Shown here piece after piece: positions 13,411 through 27,371 of a stretch of 64,000 nt of DNA (positions within the stretch are counted from its first letter, which is position 1; every line of letters starts with the position of its first letter). A program made the position numbers and the translations under genes. The stretch spans positions 272,986,001 to 273,050,000 of the forward strand of contig OZ024742.1 of NCBI GenBank assembly GCA_964016885.1. The letters are read 5' to 3'. The notes below the pieces were generated by a model, which was not told the origin of the DNA, did no database searches, and saw only the letters and a program-made list of their open reading frames with translations. The DNA comes from Eledone cirrhosa (lineage: Eukaryota).

Positions 13411-13637
13411 CTCAGACACGCGCGCACACACACACACGCACACACATATATATATATATACACATATATACTTAGATATACATATATATATATATATACA
13501 CATATATACATATACACACACATATATACACATATATACATATAGAAAAACATATCACATATATAGATATACACATATACACATATATAAATATACACAT
13601 AAAAATATATGTATATATACACACACACACATATATA

Positions 13638-13723
<86 letters not shown>

Positions 13724-13825
13724 CATACATACACACACATATATATATATATATGTGTGTGTGTATATATATATATATACAGATACATTGTAGGTCGCTT
13801 TAACCCGTCTTTTATTATTCAACTA

Positions 13826-13990
13826 ACGTTTTGCCCCAGGGCTACCTTCTTACTCACCACCAGCCGAAGGTGTGAGCGCCGCGAGTTGGAGTGGCTCTTC
13901 TAGCGTATCTCCCTTGCCGTCCTCCGGAAAAACACCTTCTCCATTTTGTCCGCCGGGGTTGTGGGTGGGCCCCATCGCGTACCGTTGTAG
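13826..13990 (+). pseudogene. 3' fragment of a CRE-like (RLE) non-LTR retrotransposon (duplicate about 16250-16410)
   Basis: [27 protein letters not shown] resembles the C-terminal WLFQRxSLAVxRGNxxSIL motif. Confidence 0.55.
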
Positions 13991-14108
13991 TTGTTTTATA
14001 GATATTAACTCATCAATCCCATTGTCCTAATAATTTATTTACCTTCCTTTTCGTAATATTACCGAACAACGTACTGCTGGTTACTCCTTCCTCCAAAAGC
14101 CGTACAAA

Positions 14109-14178
<70 letters not shown>

Positions 14179-14773
14179 TTATATATATATTTATATATTT
14201 TTATCATATGTAACCTATGTGCAACCACGCAGTATTCTTCTTCTCATGTTTTTTTATATATATTCACCTCGGCCGCGTTTGTCTGTTTCTCTCTTACTGC
14301 TTCCCCGTTCTCTCTGTTTCTCTCACCTTCTTTCGCTCCCTCTGTCAGTTACACTTTCTCTCGACTGACCGCTTCCTCACACCTCCACTCACTCACTCTA
14401 TGTTTCTCCCCTTCTCACTTCCTCCCGTTTGGCTAACAGTGAGCTTCTTCTTGCTTACATCCCACTCACGCTGGACGTGTCTGTACCTTTCGCTCATGAA
14501 ATCCACCCAACTTATGCTGACCAGGACTACCACGTTGCTTGTTTATTTCCTTTCTGTGGTTTGCTTTTATCCTTCTATGTTGTTCACTTGTCCCCCTCGC
14601 TTTACGCGATTTACTGCTCCCAATAACTTTTTTTAGTTATTGCTCGCACCAACCTGAGGTATCTGATTTTTAATGCGATGTAATACCAATGATGGTTGGA
14701 AAATCACTGACGAAGGACTATTTTTATCATATGTAACCTATGTGCAAACCACGCAGTATTCTTCTTTCTTCTC

Positions 14774-14830
<57 letters not shown>

Positions 14831-15039
14831 ATGCTTTGGGAGGGTCATGTTGCCAATAAGAAACACACGTCCCAGTTGCTTTCACTCCAATTTATTATGA
14901 ATTAAATTTATAATAAATTGAAGTGAAAGCGCTGGTGCGTGTGTTTCTTGTTGGCAACATGACCCTCCCAAAGCATAACAATATCGGTTTCAACACATGT
15001 TTTAAGATAAAGAATCTTGCTAAACAAATTCAGAAAACG

Positions 15040-15080
<41 letters not shown>

Positions 15081-16087
15081 TGATGTTGTCTGTGTGTGTG
15101 TGTCCTCATTTTTGCAAAGTGTATATAAATTCACATTTCTACTCCGATTCACTTCAAACTTGCATTTATATATTCCTTGCGGTTTAAAGATATTAACTGC
15201 AGCTTTTATTTTTCAATTTTCTGCTGTTAAAGGAGTGTTAGGCACTGGTTATCCATCTCTGTCGAGCCCTTATAATATCCGCCTGTATGTCTGCTGTCTG
15301 CATAACGATAGTCTGACGACACGTCATTGCTGACATATTATCTTCGCTACATTCCACACACACACACACACACATATTCTACATAAATATTGGTTTGCTG
15401 GTTGCACGAAAACTTCACACACACATACACACACACACACATATATACATATACATCTAAAGAGAAAAAGGGAGATGTAGAGAGAGAAAGAGAGTGAGAT
15501 AGATCGTTATACAGAGATATGTACAAATATTCAGATAGAGAGAGAGAATGGCGACGAACGCTGGTTCACACAAACACACACAAACACATATGTATATATA
15601 TAAAACAGATATTGTCTGTGTGTCCTCATTTTTGCAAAGTCTATACAAATCCACATTTCTACACCAATTGACTTCAAACTTGCATTTATATATACCTTGC
15701 AGTCTAAAGATATTAACCGCCGCTTTTTTTTTCAATGTTCTGTTGTTAAAGGGTGTTAGGCGCCGGTTATCCATCTCCGTCGCAATCTTATAATATGTGT
15801 CTGTATGCCTGGCTGTCTGTATAACGTCCTTCTGAGATATTTTCTTTCGCTACAGTCACACTCAGACACGCGCGCACACACACACACGCACACACATATA
15901 TATATATATACACATATATACTTAGATATACATATATATATATATATACACATATATACATATACACACACATATATACACATATATACATATAGAAAAA
16001 CATATCACATATATAGATATACACATATACACATATATAAATATACACATAAAAATATATGTATATATACACACACACACATATATA

Positions 16088-16145
<58 letters not shown>

Positions 16146-16530
16146 CATACATACACACACACATATATATATATATGTGTGTGTGTATATATATATATAT
16201 ACAGATACATTGTAGGTCGCTTTAACCCGTCTTTTATTATTCAACTAACGTTTTGCCCCAGGGCTACCTTCTTACTCACCACCAGCCGAAGGTGTGAGCG
16301 CCGCGAGTTGGAGTGGCTCTTCTAGCGTATCTCCCTTGCCGTCCTCCGGAAAAACACCTTCTCCTTTTTGTCCGCCGGGGTTGTGGGTGGGCCCCATCGC
16401 GTACCGTTGTAGTTGTTTTATAGATATTAACTCATCAATCCCATTGTCCTAATAATTTATTTACCTTCCTTTTCGTAATATTACCGAACAACGTACTGCT
16501 GGTTACTCCTTCCTCCAAAAGCCGTACAAA

Positions 16531-16616
<86 letters not shown>

Positions 16617-17234
16617 TTATATATATATTTATATATTTTTATCATATGTAACCTATGTGCAACCACGCAGTATTCTTCTTCTCATGTTTTTTTATATATA
16701 TTCACCTCGGCCGCGTTTGTCTGTTTCTCTCTTACTGCTTCCCCGTTCTCTCTGTTTCTCTCACCTTCTTTCGCTCCCTCTGTCAGTTACACTTTCTCTC
16801 GACTGACCGCTTCCTCACACCTCCACTCACTCACTCTATGTTTCTCCCCTTCTCACTTCCTCCCGTTTGGCTAACAGTGAGCTTCTTCTTGCTTACATCC
16901 CACTCACGCTGGACGTGTCTGTACCTTTCGCTCATGAAATCCACCCAACTTATGCTGACCAGGACTACCACGTTGCTTGTTTATTTCCTTTCTGTGGTTT
17001 GCTTTTATCCTTCTATGTTGTTCACTTGTCCCCCTCGCTTTACGCGATTTACTGCTCCCAATAACTTTTTTTAGTTATTGCTCGCACCAACCTGAGGTAT
17101 CTGATTTTTAATGCGATGTAATACCAATGATGGTTGGAAAATCACTGACGAAGGACTATTTTTATCATATGTAACCTATGTGCAAACACGCAGTATTCTT
17201 CTTTCTTCTCATGTTCATATATATATATATATAC

Positions 17235-20200
17235 AAGAATAAATGATTTATCAGAAACCCCCCACGCCCGATCTGCTGAGGATGACGACCAGTGAGTCAT
17301 GCAAAAAGCACGAAAAGCTGCATTTAAAGCCGCTGCCCGAGCATCTGAGACTGCAGAACAGCGTTACCTTCGTCTAAGAAAAAAATGTTGCATCAACTGC
17401 TGAGAATTCAGAACAGCGTGCCCTACGTCATACAGAAAATGCTGAGTCAACTGCTGCTACCCGTGCTGCTGAGAGTGTAGAACACGGTGCCATGCGTCAG
17501 GCAGGAGATTCTGCATCAACTGCTTCCGCCCGAGCTGCTGAGACCTCCGACACCCGGCGGAATCGCCTGGAGAGTATCGCCCAGAGTAGAAATGCTTGGC
17601 AGGGCGTTTGAAGGCCATGTAGTTCAAGATGGCCCCTAGAAGCATTTGAATATAGACCCCACAGCGATTAGGCTAACCATCCAGACATGTCAATTTCGAA
17701 TATGCGAGATACTTGCAAATTTTGCTCTGCGTATAAGTGGCCAGGCGAAGCAGCCGGCATATGTTGCGCAACTGGAAAGGTGAAATTACCAACTCTAGGG
17801 GATCCGCCCCGGCCATTGCTGCTGCTTCTTACAGGCACAACCCCAGAATCAAAACATTTCCTAAGTAATACCAGAAAGTACAACTGTGCCTTTCAAATGA
17901 CTTCTTTCGGGGCGAATATCGTTAGGGAAGCTGGGTTTAGGCCTACGTTTAAACTCCAGGGGCAGGTTTACCATAGGATAGGACCACTTCAGCCATTTGC
18001 GAAGCAAGAGCCTCAGTTTCTTCAACTGTACTTTGTTGGCAGCTACCAAGAGCAAGCGAGAAGACGAAACACTATATCACCCGGCACTAATTTCGAGCTG
18101 ACATTGCAGCTCCAAGAGATGTTACATGCAAAAAACATTCATGTGCAGACTTTTAAGTATGCGTTAGAAACAGCATCGATCCAGAATTTTAACGTCGTCA
18201 TTAATGCTGACAAACGGCCGTCTAGAGAGCATGCTGGCCGCTATAATCCGCCTACATGCAACCAAATCGCCATTGTGCTTCAAGGTGTGCAGCAAAATCC
18301 AAGGGACAACATTCTCACGTGTCGCGAGAACACTCTTAAGCGAATCAGCGAAACCCACATATCCTACGACGCGCTACAATGCCCCTTTCTCTTTGTGAAT
18401 GGAGAAGACCTTTACCATTTGGGTATTCACCAGCGTAATGCCCACAGACCAGACGAGTGCAGCAACAAACATACTGCTTCATGACCCGAAGCAACTGCCT
18501 GAATCATCTCCACAGTTCACGCAAGCTATGCCATCAATTTGCAGTCGACATGTGCGCCAAAATGGAGTCCGAGAGGCTGCGCTACATCAGGTACAACCAA
18601 CAAAAGCTACGTTCAGGGAGTTACATTCACCTTCGAGATGGTATCAACAATGATGTTGCTCCGGGAGGATTAGGGCAGTTGTGCATTTTGCCTTCCATCT
18701 TCACAGGGGGTACGTGGTATACGCATGAGAGGAGGCAAGACGATATGACATATGTGGGCCACTACGGTCGGCCCGTCTCATTCATTACCTTTACCTACAA
18801 CCCCAAGTGGAAGGAGATGTAGGCTGAACGCTTCTGACGCCAGAAGGCCAAAGACAGGCATGACCTAGCCAGGGTCTTTCGATTGAAGTTACAGTAGCTC
18901 ATGGACCTTATCAAAAATGGGTAGGCATTTGGGCCTGTAAAATGCGACATGTACACATCTGAGTGGCAAAAATGGGGTCTGCCACATGCCCATATTTTTA
19001 TTTGGATGTCAACAAAGATTAACTCCATCAACATTGACAGGCTTATCTCTGCATAACTCGCCAAACCCTTTGTTGACAAAAATCTTTTTCACATAGTGCG
19101 GGCAAACATGGTTCATGGTCCATGCGGCCGTGGATTAAACCTACACTCACCATGCTTGAGAGATTCAGTTTGAAGCAAAACATTTCCAAAGCAGTTTTTT
19201 CGAGTTGCCCAGACCGGCAAATACGGATACCCCCTGTACAGTCGAAGAAAGCCGGAAGATGGTGGGTTTACAGTGCACATTGGGCCATACTAAGTAGACA
19301 ACAGGTGGATAGTGGCGTACAGCCCTATTTGTCCAAAGCGTTCAACACTCACGTCTACGTAGAGTTTTGCAACTCCGTGAAGGCCATCAAATATGTCTTC
19401 ATGTACATCAATAAGGGCTCAGACGCGGCTATGTTTGGCCTGCAGCAAGACGGCAATCGGGACGAAGTTACACAGTACCAAGGGCGTAGATACATAAGCA
19501 GTAACGAGGCCTTCTGGCGCATTTTTGGTTTTACCTTGTATCAAAGTCACCCACCCATCCAACAACTTGCTGTTCACCTTGAAAATGGTCAACGCGTATA
19601 CTTCACTGCTTCCACTGCTGCTCGATTGGTCGAGGAACCGAATTACACTACCCTTACTGCCTTCTTTAACATTTTGTCAAGTTGATCCATTCGCTCGATC
19701 CTTTCTGTATCCACAGGTGCCGTCCTACTACATCTGGGAAAAAAACAAATGGCAACGGAGGAAGAAGGGTCAAAACGTTGATGCATACCCTGCCATTAAA
19801 TTTGACAGTTGCCTCGGGAGAGTTTACACAGTTCATCCAAGCCAACAAGAGTGTTTCTACCTTCGTCTGCTACTTCGTAAGGTTAGGGGACCAACGTCTT
19901 ACCAACATTTGAAAACAGTCAACGGTCGGCTTTGCGCTACTTTCAGAGAGTCCTGCTTAAGACATGGACTGTTAGAAGACTGCACACAGTGGGATGTTAC
20001 GTTCACGGAGGCTGCCTTTTCACAGTGGCCGAAAAGTCTCAGGGCTCTCTTTGCAGTGCTTCTGCACATTTGCAAAGTTTCAGATCCCGTCTCTCTGTGG
20101 TTCACGTGTAGAGATGCCTTGGCGGAAGACTTTTACCACCAAGCACAATTGCGGTATCCTAGGCTTGATGCTGCCAGTGACGACGTCTACAACTGTGCTG

Positions 20201-21183
20201 TGATTAACGTGGAAAACAGGACTGTTTCACTGGGTGGGAATACTTTGCCAAGGTACGGGCTGCCGCAACCAGTACGTACAGAGATGGATAACCTTCCGAC
20301 AGAGCTCATTCATGAAACAGCCTATGATATTGACGCTCTTGCCTAATACGTCCGTGAACAGAGCCAAAACTCTTTCTGGGACAGAAGCGGGTCTACAACA
20401 CTATTTTCGACCATGTGCGAAACCAGAAAGGGGGAATATTCTGCCTAGATGCACCTGGAGGATCAGGAAAAACGTTTGTAACTAAGCTTCTTCTAGCCAA
20501 AGTGAGGCAGCGCAAGGACATCGCGTTAGCTGTGGCATCCTCTGGTATTGCTACAACTTTGTTACCCGGCGGTAGGACAGCGCACTCAGCCTTTAAGCTC
20601 GACCTGAACTTGGCAACATCCGAAACACCGTCGTACAACATTAGCGAAACTTCGTACAAGGAACTGGTCCTCCAAATGTGACAGCTCATAATATGGGATG
20701 AATGTACCATGCCCTATAAACGAGCTCTGGGAAGACTAGATACTACTTTGCAAGACATCAGATATTGCAAGACTGCGATGGGAGGTGTCACCTTCTCCTA
20801 TGCGGGGACTTCCGACAGACCCTTCCCTTTATTCCCAAGGGAAACAGGGCAGATGAAGTCCGGGCGTGCCTTATGTCCTCTCCGTTGTGGCAAAAGGTAT
20901 CAACGTTGACCCTGACAAATAACATGAGAGCCTAACTGCACGTCGACCAACTTGCAGCAGAGTTTGCTTCGGATATTTAGTCACTTGGCGATGGAAAGAT
21001 CACCCTTGATGGAGATGGCGAATTGTCACTCACACGTAGACAGCTAAACTGTTCCTTCAACTTCTTAAGTTTCCTGTCCGTATATTTTCGTGAGTTTTTA
21101 ATAGGGACTCACAAATAAACGTTTCTCATTGGTGGTGCTATTACCAATGTTCTTACACGTGCAACGCCGGGATACACTGCTAG
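17235..21183 (+). mobile_element. Helitron, decayed RepHel with intact 3' terminus
   Basis: Zn motif CKFCSAYKWPGE..ICCATGKV; Rep motifs FITFTYNPKW, SEWQKWGLPHAHILIW, IKYVFMYINKG; PIF1 motifs DAPGGSGKTF, IIWDECTM, GDFRQTLP. Many stops and frameshifts; distal helicase motifs deleted near 21035. End cgtgcaacgccggg..CTAG|T at 21180-21184. Confidence 0.95.
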
Positions 21184-21276
21184 TATGTATATAAGGTGAC
21201 AATAAGTATTGCAGCTTTTTGTAAACTTTATAACATTTCACGTTTCAATATCGGTCATTTCAGGGATAATCATATG

Positions 21277-21310
<34 letters not shown>

Positions 21311-21313
<3 letters not shown>

Positions 21314-21650
21314 TTAGGATTGGTGCTCTAAAATAGCTATATGTACATGAATGTATGTATAGTATATTTGGCAATATACAGTTTGTTTAATTAAAAACAT
21401 TTTGAAGACCTTCCGCTATCATTTTTAAAGTAGTGACTATGTCACTTACTTCTTATTTTCCGCCAAAAGAAGGGAGAGAAGCTAACAAAGTCTGCCGAAA
21501 AAAAAAAGAAGTAAGTGACATAGTCACTACTTTAAAAATGATAGCGCAAGGTATTGAGAATGTTTTTAATTAAACTTACGGTATATTGCCAAATATTCTA
21601 TACATACATTCATGTATACATCGCTATTTCAGATCACCAATCCCAATACC
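21311..21650. repeat. Fold-back of two family-R copies
   Basis: About 140-bp arms (..gtagtgactatgtcacttacttctt / aagaagtaagtgacatagtcactac..), next to (TA)n. Confidence 0.85.
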
Positions 21651-21749
21651 TAATTTTTGCTGGAGTGACTGACCGAAGACATCATCCTTGCTTTTTTTCT
21701 ACAAATGTCTCTCTTTCTATGGAATGAAAGAAGTAAAACTCTCTGACAC

Positions 21750-21870
21750 TATTGTTTCTACTTTTGGCACAAGGCCAATAATTACCACAGTGCATTACTG
21801 GTACTTTAATTTATCGACCCCGTAAGGATGAAAGGCAAAGTTAACCTCGAGGGGATTTAAGCTCAGAATG
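21750..21870 (-). mobile_element. Nin-domain tRNA-derived SINE, partial
   Basis: ttgtttctact...cacaaggcc...ctggtact..ttatcgaccccgtaaggatgaaaggcaaagttaacctcg; same family as 60004 and 63003. Confidence 0.85.
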
Positions 21871-21928
21871 ACACTCTCTATTGTGACAGTCGGTTTGTTC
21901 CGGAAGACAAGACAGCACCATAGGTAGA

Positions 21929-22128
21929 NNNNNNNNNNNNNNNNNNNNNNNNNNNNNNNNNNNNNNNNNNNNNNNNNNNNNNNNNNNNNNNNNNNNNNNN
22001 NNNNNNNNNNNNNNNNNNNNNNNNNNNNNNNNNNNNNNNNNNNNNNNNNNNNNNNNNNNNNNNNNNNNNNNNNNNNNNNNNNNNNNNNNNNNNNNNNNNN
22101 NNNNNNNNNNNNNNNNNNNNNNNNNNNN
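21929..22128. other. Assembly gap (200 N)
   Basis: Run of n. Confidence 1.
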
Positions 22129-22247
22129 AGAGACAGAGAGTAAAGCAGTTAAATTATAGAGAGGGGGAATAATCTATTATAGAGAGACGGAAGAGCGACG
22201 GAGAGAGTAAAGCTAACAAACTATAGAGAGGTGTGTAGGATACATAC

Positions 22248-22817
22248 AAAGATACATGGTGGCTGCCAACTCGTTTTCGAGTACGGCCACTACTTTATAT
22301 CCATGTAGGAGAACCCCTACCGATGCGCTGAACGAGTGTGACATTTTAGTCCAGCCAGCGACTTGAAAACTCTGGTACAAACACTACACTTGTGACAATT
22401 ACTGACACATAGTGCTGGGCCCATGGTACCATGTGACGACAAGTGCAGAGAGATCTCCAGATAGAAAGCAATGCCTGTGCCGTGAAGCTTTTATAGTGAG
22501 CAAAGGCACTGCACAAAGCCAGTCCCACTCTCTTACCAAGATGATATTTACCAAAAAGAAGAACAAGTCAACATCAGTGGATACCATCAGGGTTGCAGGT
22601 GTTATATCAGAGTTTTCCTTCTCCTAGAATTCTGCCTTGACAAAGGCTAAGGGGTCATCTCTCCCGGTGATTTTGGATGGCCCATTGACTTTTTAGTGCT
22701 CTTTTGCCCTTTGACAGGTTTTGTTTTTAGTCCTGCAGGATGTCCAAAATCACCCTCCTCAGCAAGGAACCATGGTGGGGTTGCCAGTTTAGTCGCCAAT
22801 GACCCGACCATGAGACA
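22248..22817 (-). mobile_element. RTE-derived bipartite non-autonomous retroelement, copy 1
   Basis: About 565 bp, reverse complement of 32254-32815. Has an RTE-5'UTR-like ctaggagaaggaaaactctga and a LINE-like 3' end with TATG tail. Confidence 0.7.
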
Positions 22818-22903
22818 TACATACATACATACATACATACATACATACATACATACATACATACATACATACATAATTCACATGATACTCAGCTTTATAA
22901 TAT

Positions 22904-22958
<55 letters not shown>

Positions 22959-23759
22959 CCAAAATTCAAATTAAGGATGTCATGTCTGAGAAACATGCGC
23001 CATTCGTTCGTAGAATAAGCTCAAAGATTCTAAGGGTTAGATCTGAGCATTTATTAGCTTTCAATGAAAAATACACTTTTAATACAAGGCTAAAAAATCC
23101 ACGGATATATCCCTTAGAATCTTTAAGCTTATTCTACAAAGGGTATGGCGCATGTTTCTTAGACATGACATCCTTAATTTAATTTTGATGATATATACAG
23201 CTCCTAAAGAGTTGAGCTTATCTCAGTTGAAAGGACTTGGCAGCTATTTATAGATGTCGATAATTCTATTTATGCCCCTGGGATGAAGGTGGCACAATGT
23301 ATATATTTTCTTAAAAAATAACAAATATGCTTTTCGTCATTCGCAGATTTGCATCCAGTGTGTAAACACTGTTAATTTTCCTCCCTTGCTGATGATCCGG
23401 AATTTGACTACTGTAATTTACCGAATAATGATGAAATGCATTTCTTTATTTAATGAAATATATACAAAGGCGATTAATTATTATTGTAAGCTATCTATAT
23501 TTGAAGTTTTCGCTAATTTTTATTTTTTGCCACGTAAATATGTGTGATTGCACTCGTTACAAGATATCCTTCCGGTTATTTGATGTGTTTATTTATATAT
23601 ATATATATATATATATTCAGGTTTGAGGTTCACCACTGTATAGAGCTGGTTTATTCCGTATGGTCAATCGTAATGCAATAATATAGAGAGTACTCAACGT
23701 AAGGCCATTCAACCGTCTTTGTTTTTGTAGTCGGTGGTGCTATTACGGAGTTAAATATC

Positions 23760-26700
23760 ATAATGAAATGACAGGAGGCTGGATTTGTGTAAATCCTTGA
23801 AAGGTTTATTATACTATGATCATTTCAATGACCGGGTTCCGTATGAATCCGGTGACATCATCAGGTATTCGAAATATAATACGTGAATGTAATAGATAAA
23901 ATCCATGGGGCTGAAAATCGAGGACCCGAGGGCGACCACTATTCTGTTCCTTCAACCTCAGCCGGTCGCCCTGGAGTGACCTGGCTAAAGTTTATAGTAT
24001 GCTACTACCGGTCAGATAAACGAAAACAGAAAGGGATGAGGACATAAGTTAACGTCAATCTCATGACACAAGGTAAAAGAAAGACAGAAAGGAAGGAGAG
24101 AGAAGAAGGGGGAAGAAAGAAGAAGAGAAGCCAGGGTTAATGTCAGCTAAAAGAAGAAAGGCAACTACTACCGGTCAGATATAGGCAAGCAGGAGGGGAA
24201 AGGAAGATAAGTCTGCGGGAGGAAGACAGGAAGAGGGAAGAAGAGAAGGAAGAGAGGAGAGAAGTAGTAAAAGTATGGGTTGATGGCTATAAAAAGGAAG
24301 ATAGAAAGAAAGAGGAAGAAAGGTCGATATTAATGTCAGACCACAGTCAGGCGAGGAGTGGCGCGAGAAAGTTTTCACAGGGACCCGCATCTTAGCAGAG
24401 GTGAATATTTTGGGAGTCAGTGTGTTACAGTGTTTAGACTTCTAGGATGAAGTTAAAAAAATTAATAATCAATATTCAATATTAAAGAGGTTAGAACATT
24501 TAAAGTTCAACCGTTTAACTTTTATTATATAATAGTTCCGATTTGTTCTGTGACTTAAAGGTACTATGTGGCGGTTAAAACACCGGCCGCGCCCCGGGCC
24601 TCATGGCGAATTAAGCTACGCCGAGTATTTTCATTTACCGCAAGAAGGGGAAATTTATTTTTCCAAGCGCTCCAGGTGAGCTCGTGCGCCAGGAAGCTGG
24701 GCGCGCCGCCATTAAAACTCACCCAACAGTCCGACAGAAAGTTGGAACTTCAAAATTTTGCTTAGAGAAGTAGAAGAGTAATGGTTGATGGCTACAAGAA
24801 GGAAGATAGAAAGAGAGAGGAAGGAAGGTCGATATTAATGTCACACCACAGTCGGGCCAGGAGTGGCGCGAGAACATTTTCACAGGGACCCGCAGCTTAG
24901 CAGAGGTGAATATATTGGGGGTCAGTCTGTTACAATGTTTAGACTTATAGGATGAAGTTAAAAAATTAATAATCAATATTCAATATTAAAGAGGTTAGAA
25001 AATTTAAAGTTCAACAGTTTAACACTTTCAGGTTGATATATCTAATAGTTCCGATTTGTTCTGTAATTTAAAGGTACTATGTGGCGGTTAAAACACCGGC
25101 CGCGCCCCGGGCCCCAAGGCGAATTAAGCAACGCCGAGTATTTTCATTTACCGAAAGAAGGGGAAATTTATTTTTCCAAGCACTCCAGGTCAGCTCGTGC
25201 GCGAGGAAGCTGGTCGCGCCGCCATTAAAACCCACCCAACAGTCCGACAGAAAGATGGAACCTTAAAATTTTGCTTAACTCTATCGGATGAAGTTGAAAG
25301 AATTCAGAATAACATGATAAAACTAAGGAGTAAGAAGATTGAGAATTGAACAAACAGAAAATTGAAGATTAAACATTCAAATAACTTCTATGAGGTTTTG
25401 GGTTGCGGGGTTTGATTAAATAGAGTCTTTTATGAAGAAACGTTAATTGTATTATGTAGATCTGTAATTTATCCTAGTGGGATGTAGAGTACGGGATATA
25501 GTCGTGTAATGTTTAATTTTTGTTCTCAGGAGGAGACATTCTAGTGTTGTGTGCTAATGGGTACAGATCCCAATGAGAGGAGTAGAAATACATGGATACA
25601 TAGAAGTGGAATACGTGGAAGAGCACATTGGTACAGCAGAGGTATAAACATATAAACATATCAATATATAGGTATAAATATGTAAATAAACCAACAAGAG
25701 TGGTGTTGGAGTAAGATGGAGAAATCAAGACATAGGAAAATTACAATATAGTTTAGGTTGCAGTATTTATGTTCCCGGGGGGGCGAGGCAATCATGTGTC
25801 GTGTGCTAAGGGTGCACGCGAGTAAAGGTCCGAATAAGGGAAGTAAAAAGTACATGGATGTATAGAGGTAGAGTACGTGGAAAGGCATTAATACAGCAAA
25901 TAAAGATGTAAAGATATAAATAAACAAACAATAGTCGCTGTTTAGTAAATGTACAGTTCAAGACACAGGAGAAATACAATATAGTTCAGGTTGCGTATTT
26001 ATGTTCCCAGGGGGAGATATTTCAGTGACGTGTGCTAAGGAGACACAGGAGAAATACAATATAGTTCAAGTTGCAGTCAGATAATGCATATAGATGTGGA
26101 AACAGAGTGTGTTCGAGTCTGGGAGTTCAGTGTGAGTTATACATGCCCATTCTCGCGGCGCTCCTGGCCCGACTGTGGTGTGACATTAATATCGACCTTC
26201 CTTCCTCTCTCTTTCTATCTTCCTTCTTGTAGCCATCAACCATTACTCTTCTAATTCTCTAAGCAAAATTTTGAAGTTCCAACTTTCTCTCGGACTGTTG
26301 GGTGAGTTTTAATGGCGGCGCGACAGCTTCCTGGCGCACGAGCTCACCTGGAGTGCTTGGAAAAATAAATTTCCCCTTCTTGCGGTAAATGAAAATACTC
26401 GGCGTAGCTTAATTCGCCATGGGGCCCGGGGCGCGGCCGGTGTTTTAACCGCCACAAAGTACCTTTAAATCACAGAACAAATCGGAACTATTATATAATA
26501 AAAGTTAAACGGTTGAACTTTAAATTTTCTAACCTCTTTAATATTGAATATTGATTATTAATTTTTTTAACTTCATCCTAGAAGTCTAAACACTGTAACA
26601 CACTGACTCCCAATATATTCACCTCTGCTAAGATGCGGGTCCCTGTGAAAATTTTCTCGCGCCACTCCTGGCCTGACTGTGGTCTGACATTAATATCGAC

Positions 26701-27259
26701 CTTTCTTCCTCTTTCTTTCTATCTTCCTTCTTGTAGCCATCAACCCTTACTTTTCTACTTCTCTCCTCTCTTCCTTCTCTTCTTCCCTCTTCCTGTCTTC
26801 CTCCCGCAGACTTATCTTCCTTCCCCCTCCTGCTTGCCTATATCTGACCGGTAGTAGTTGCCTTTCTTCTTTTAGCTGACATTAACCCTGGCTTCTCTTC
26901 TTCTTTCTTCCCCCTTCTTCTCTCTCCTTCCTTTCTGTCTTTATTTTACCTTGTGTCATGAGATTGACGTTAACTTATGTCCTCATCCCTTTCTGTTTTC
27001 GTTTATCTGACCGGTAGTAGCATACTATAAACTTTAGCCAGGTCACTCCAGGGCGACCGGCTGAGGTTGAAGGAACAGAATAGCGTTCGCCCTCGGGTCC
27101 TCGATTTTCAGCCCCATGGATTTTATCTATTACATTCACGTATTATATTTCGAATACCTGATGATGTCACCGGATTCATACGGAACCCGGTCATTGAAAT
27201 GATCATAGTATAATAAATCTTTCAAGGATTTACACAAATCCAGCCTCCTGTCATTTCAT

Positions 27260-27262
<3 letters not shown>
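23760..27262. mobile_element. 3.5-kb non-coding fold-back element (probably PLE-derived) with about 1.11-kb inverted arms
   Basis: Arms 23760-24874 and 26150-27262 are highly similar. Internal tandem unit about 513 bp (24568/25081). Decayed HHR-like CTGATGA...GAAC-ccgg-TC near each outer end (27158-27192 +, 23830-23864 -). Confidence 0.8.
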
Positions 27263-27308
<46 letters not shown>

Positions 27309-27315
27309 ACATATA

Positions 27316-27369
<54 letters not shown>

Positions 27370-27371
<2 letters not shown>

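Larger units (their letters stand above)
12286..17216. repeat. Near-identical tandem duplication, unit about 2.45 kb
   Basis: ORF-track translations recur at offsets 2438-2492 (13007/15457, 14217/16655, 12431/14923); differences are mainly microsatellite lengths. Confidence 0.9.

Noticed and set aside
13300-13830. Many ORFs of YI/CV/HT dipeptide runs here and at 30.9, 44.4, 52, 55.5, 59 and 62 kb
   Set aside because: Translations of (TA)n/(CA)n microsatellites, not genes.
11260-21275. About 85-bp inverted pair (11260-11345 / 21188-21275) bracketing 10 kb as if TIRs
   Set aside because: Diverged, no target duplication, enclosed content heterogeneous; likely two copies of a dispersed repeat.
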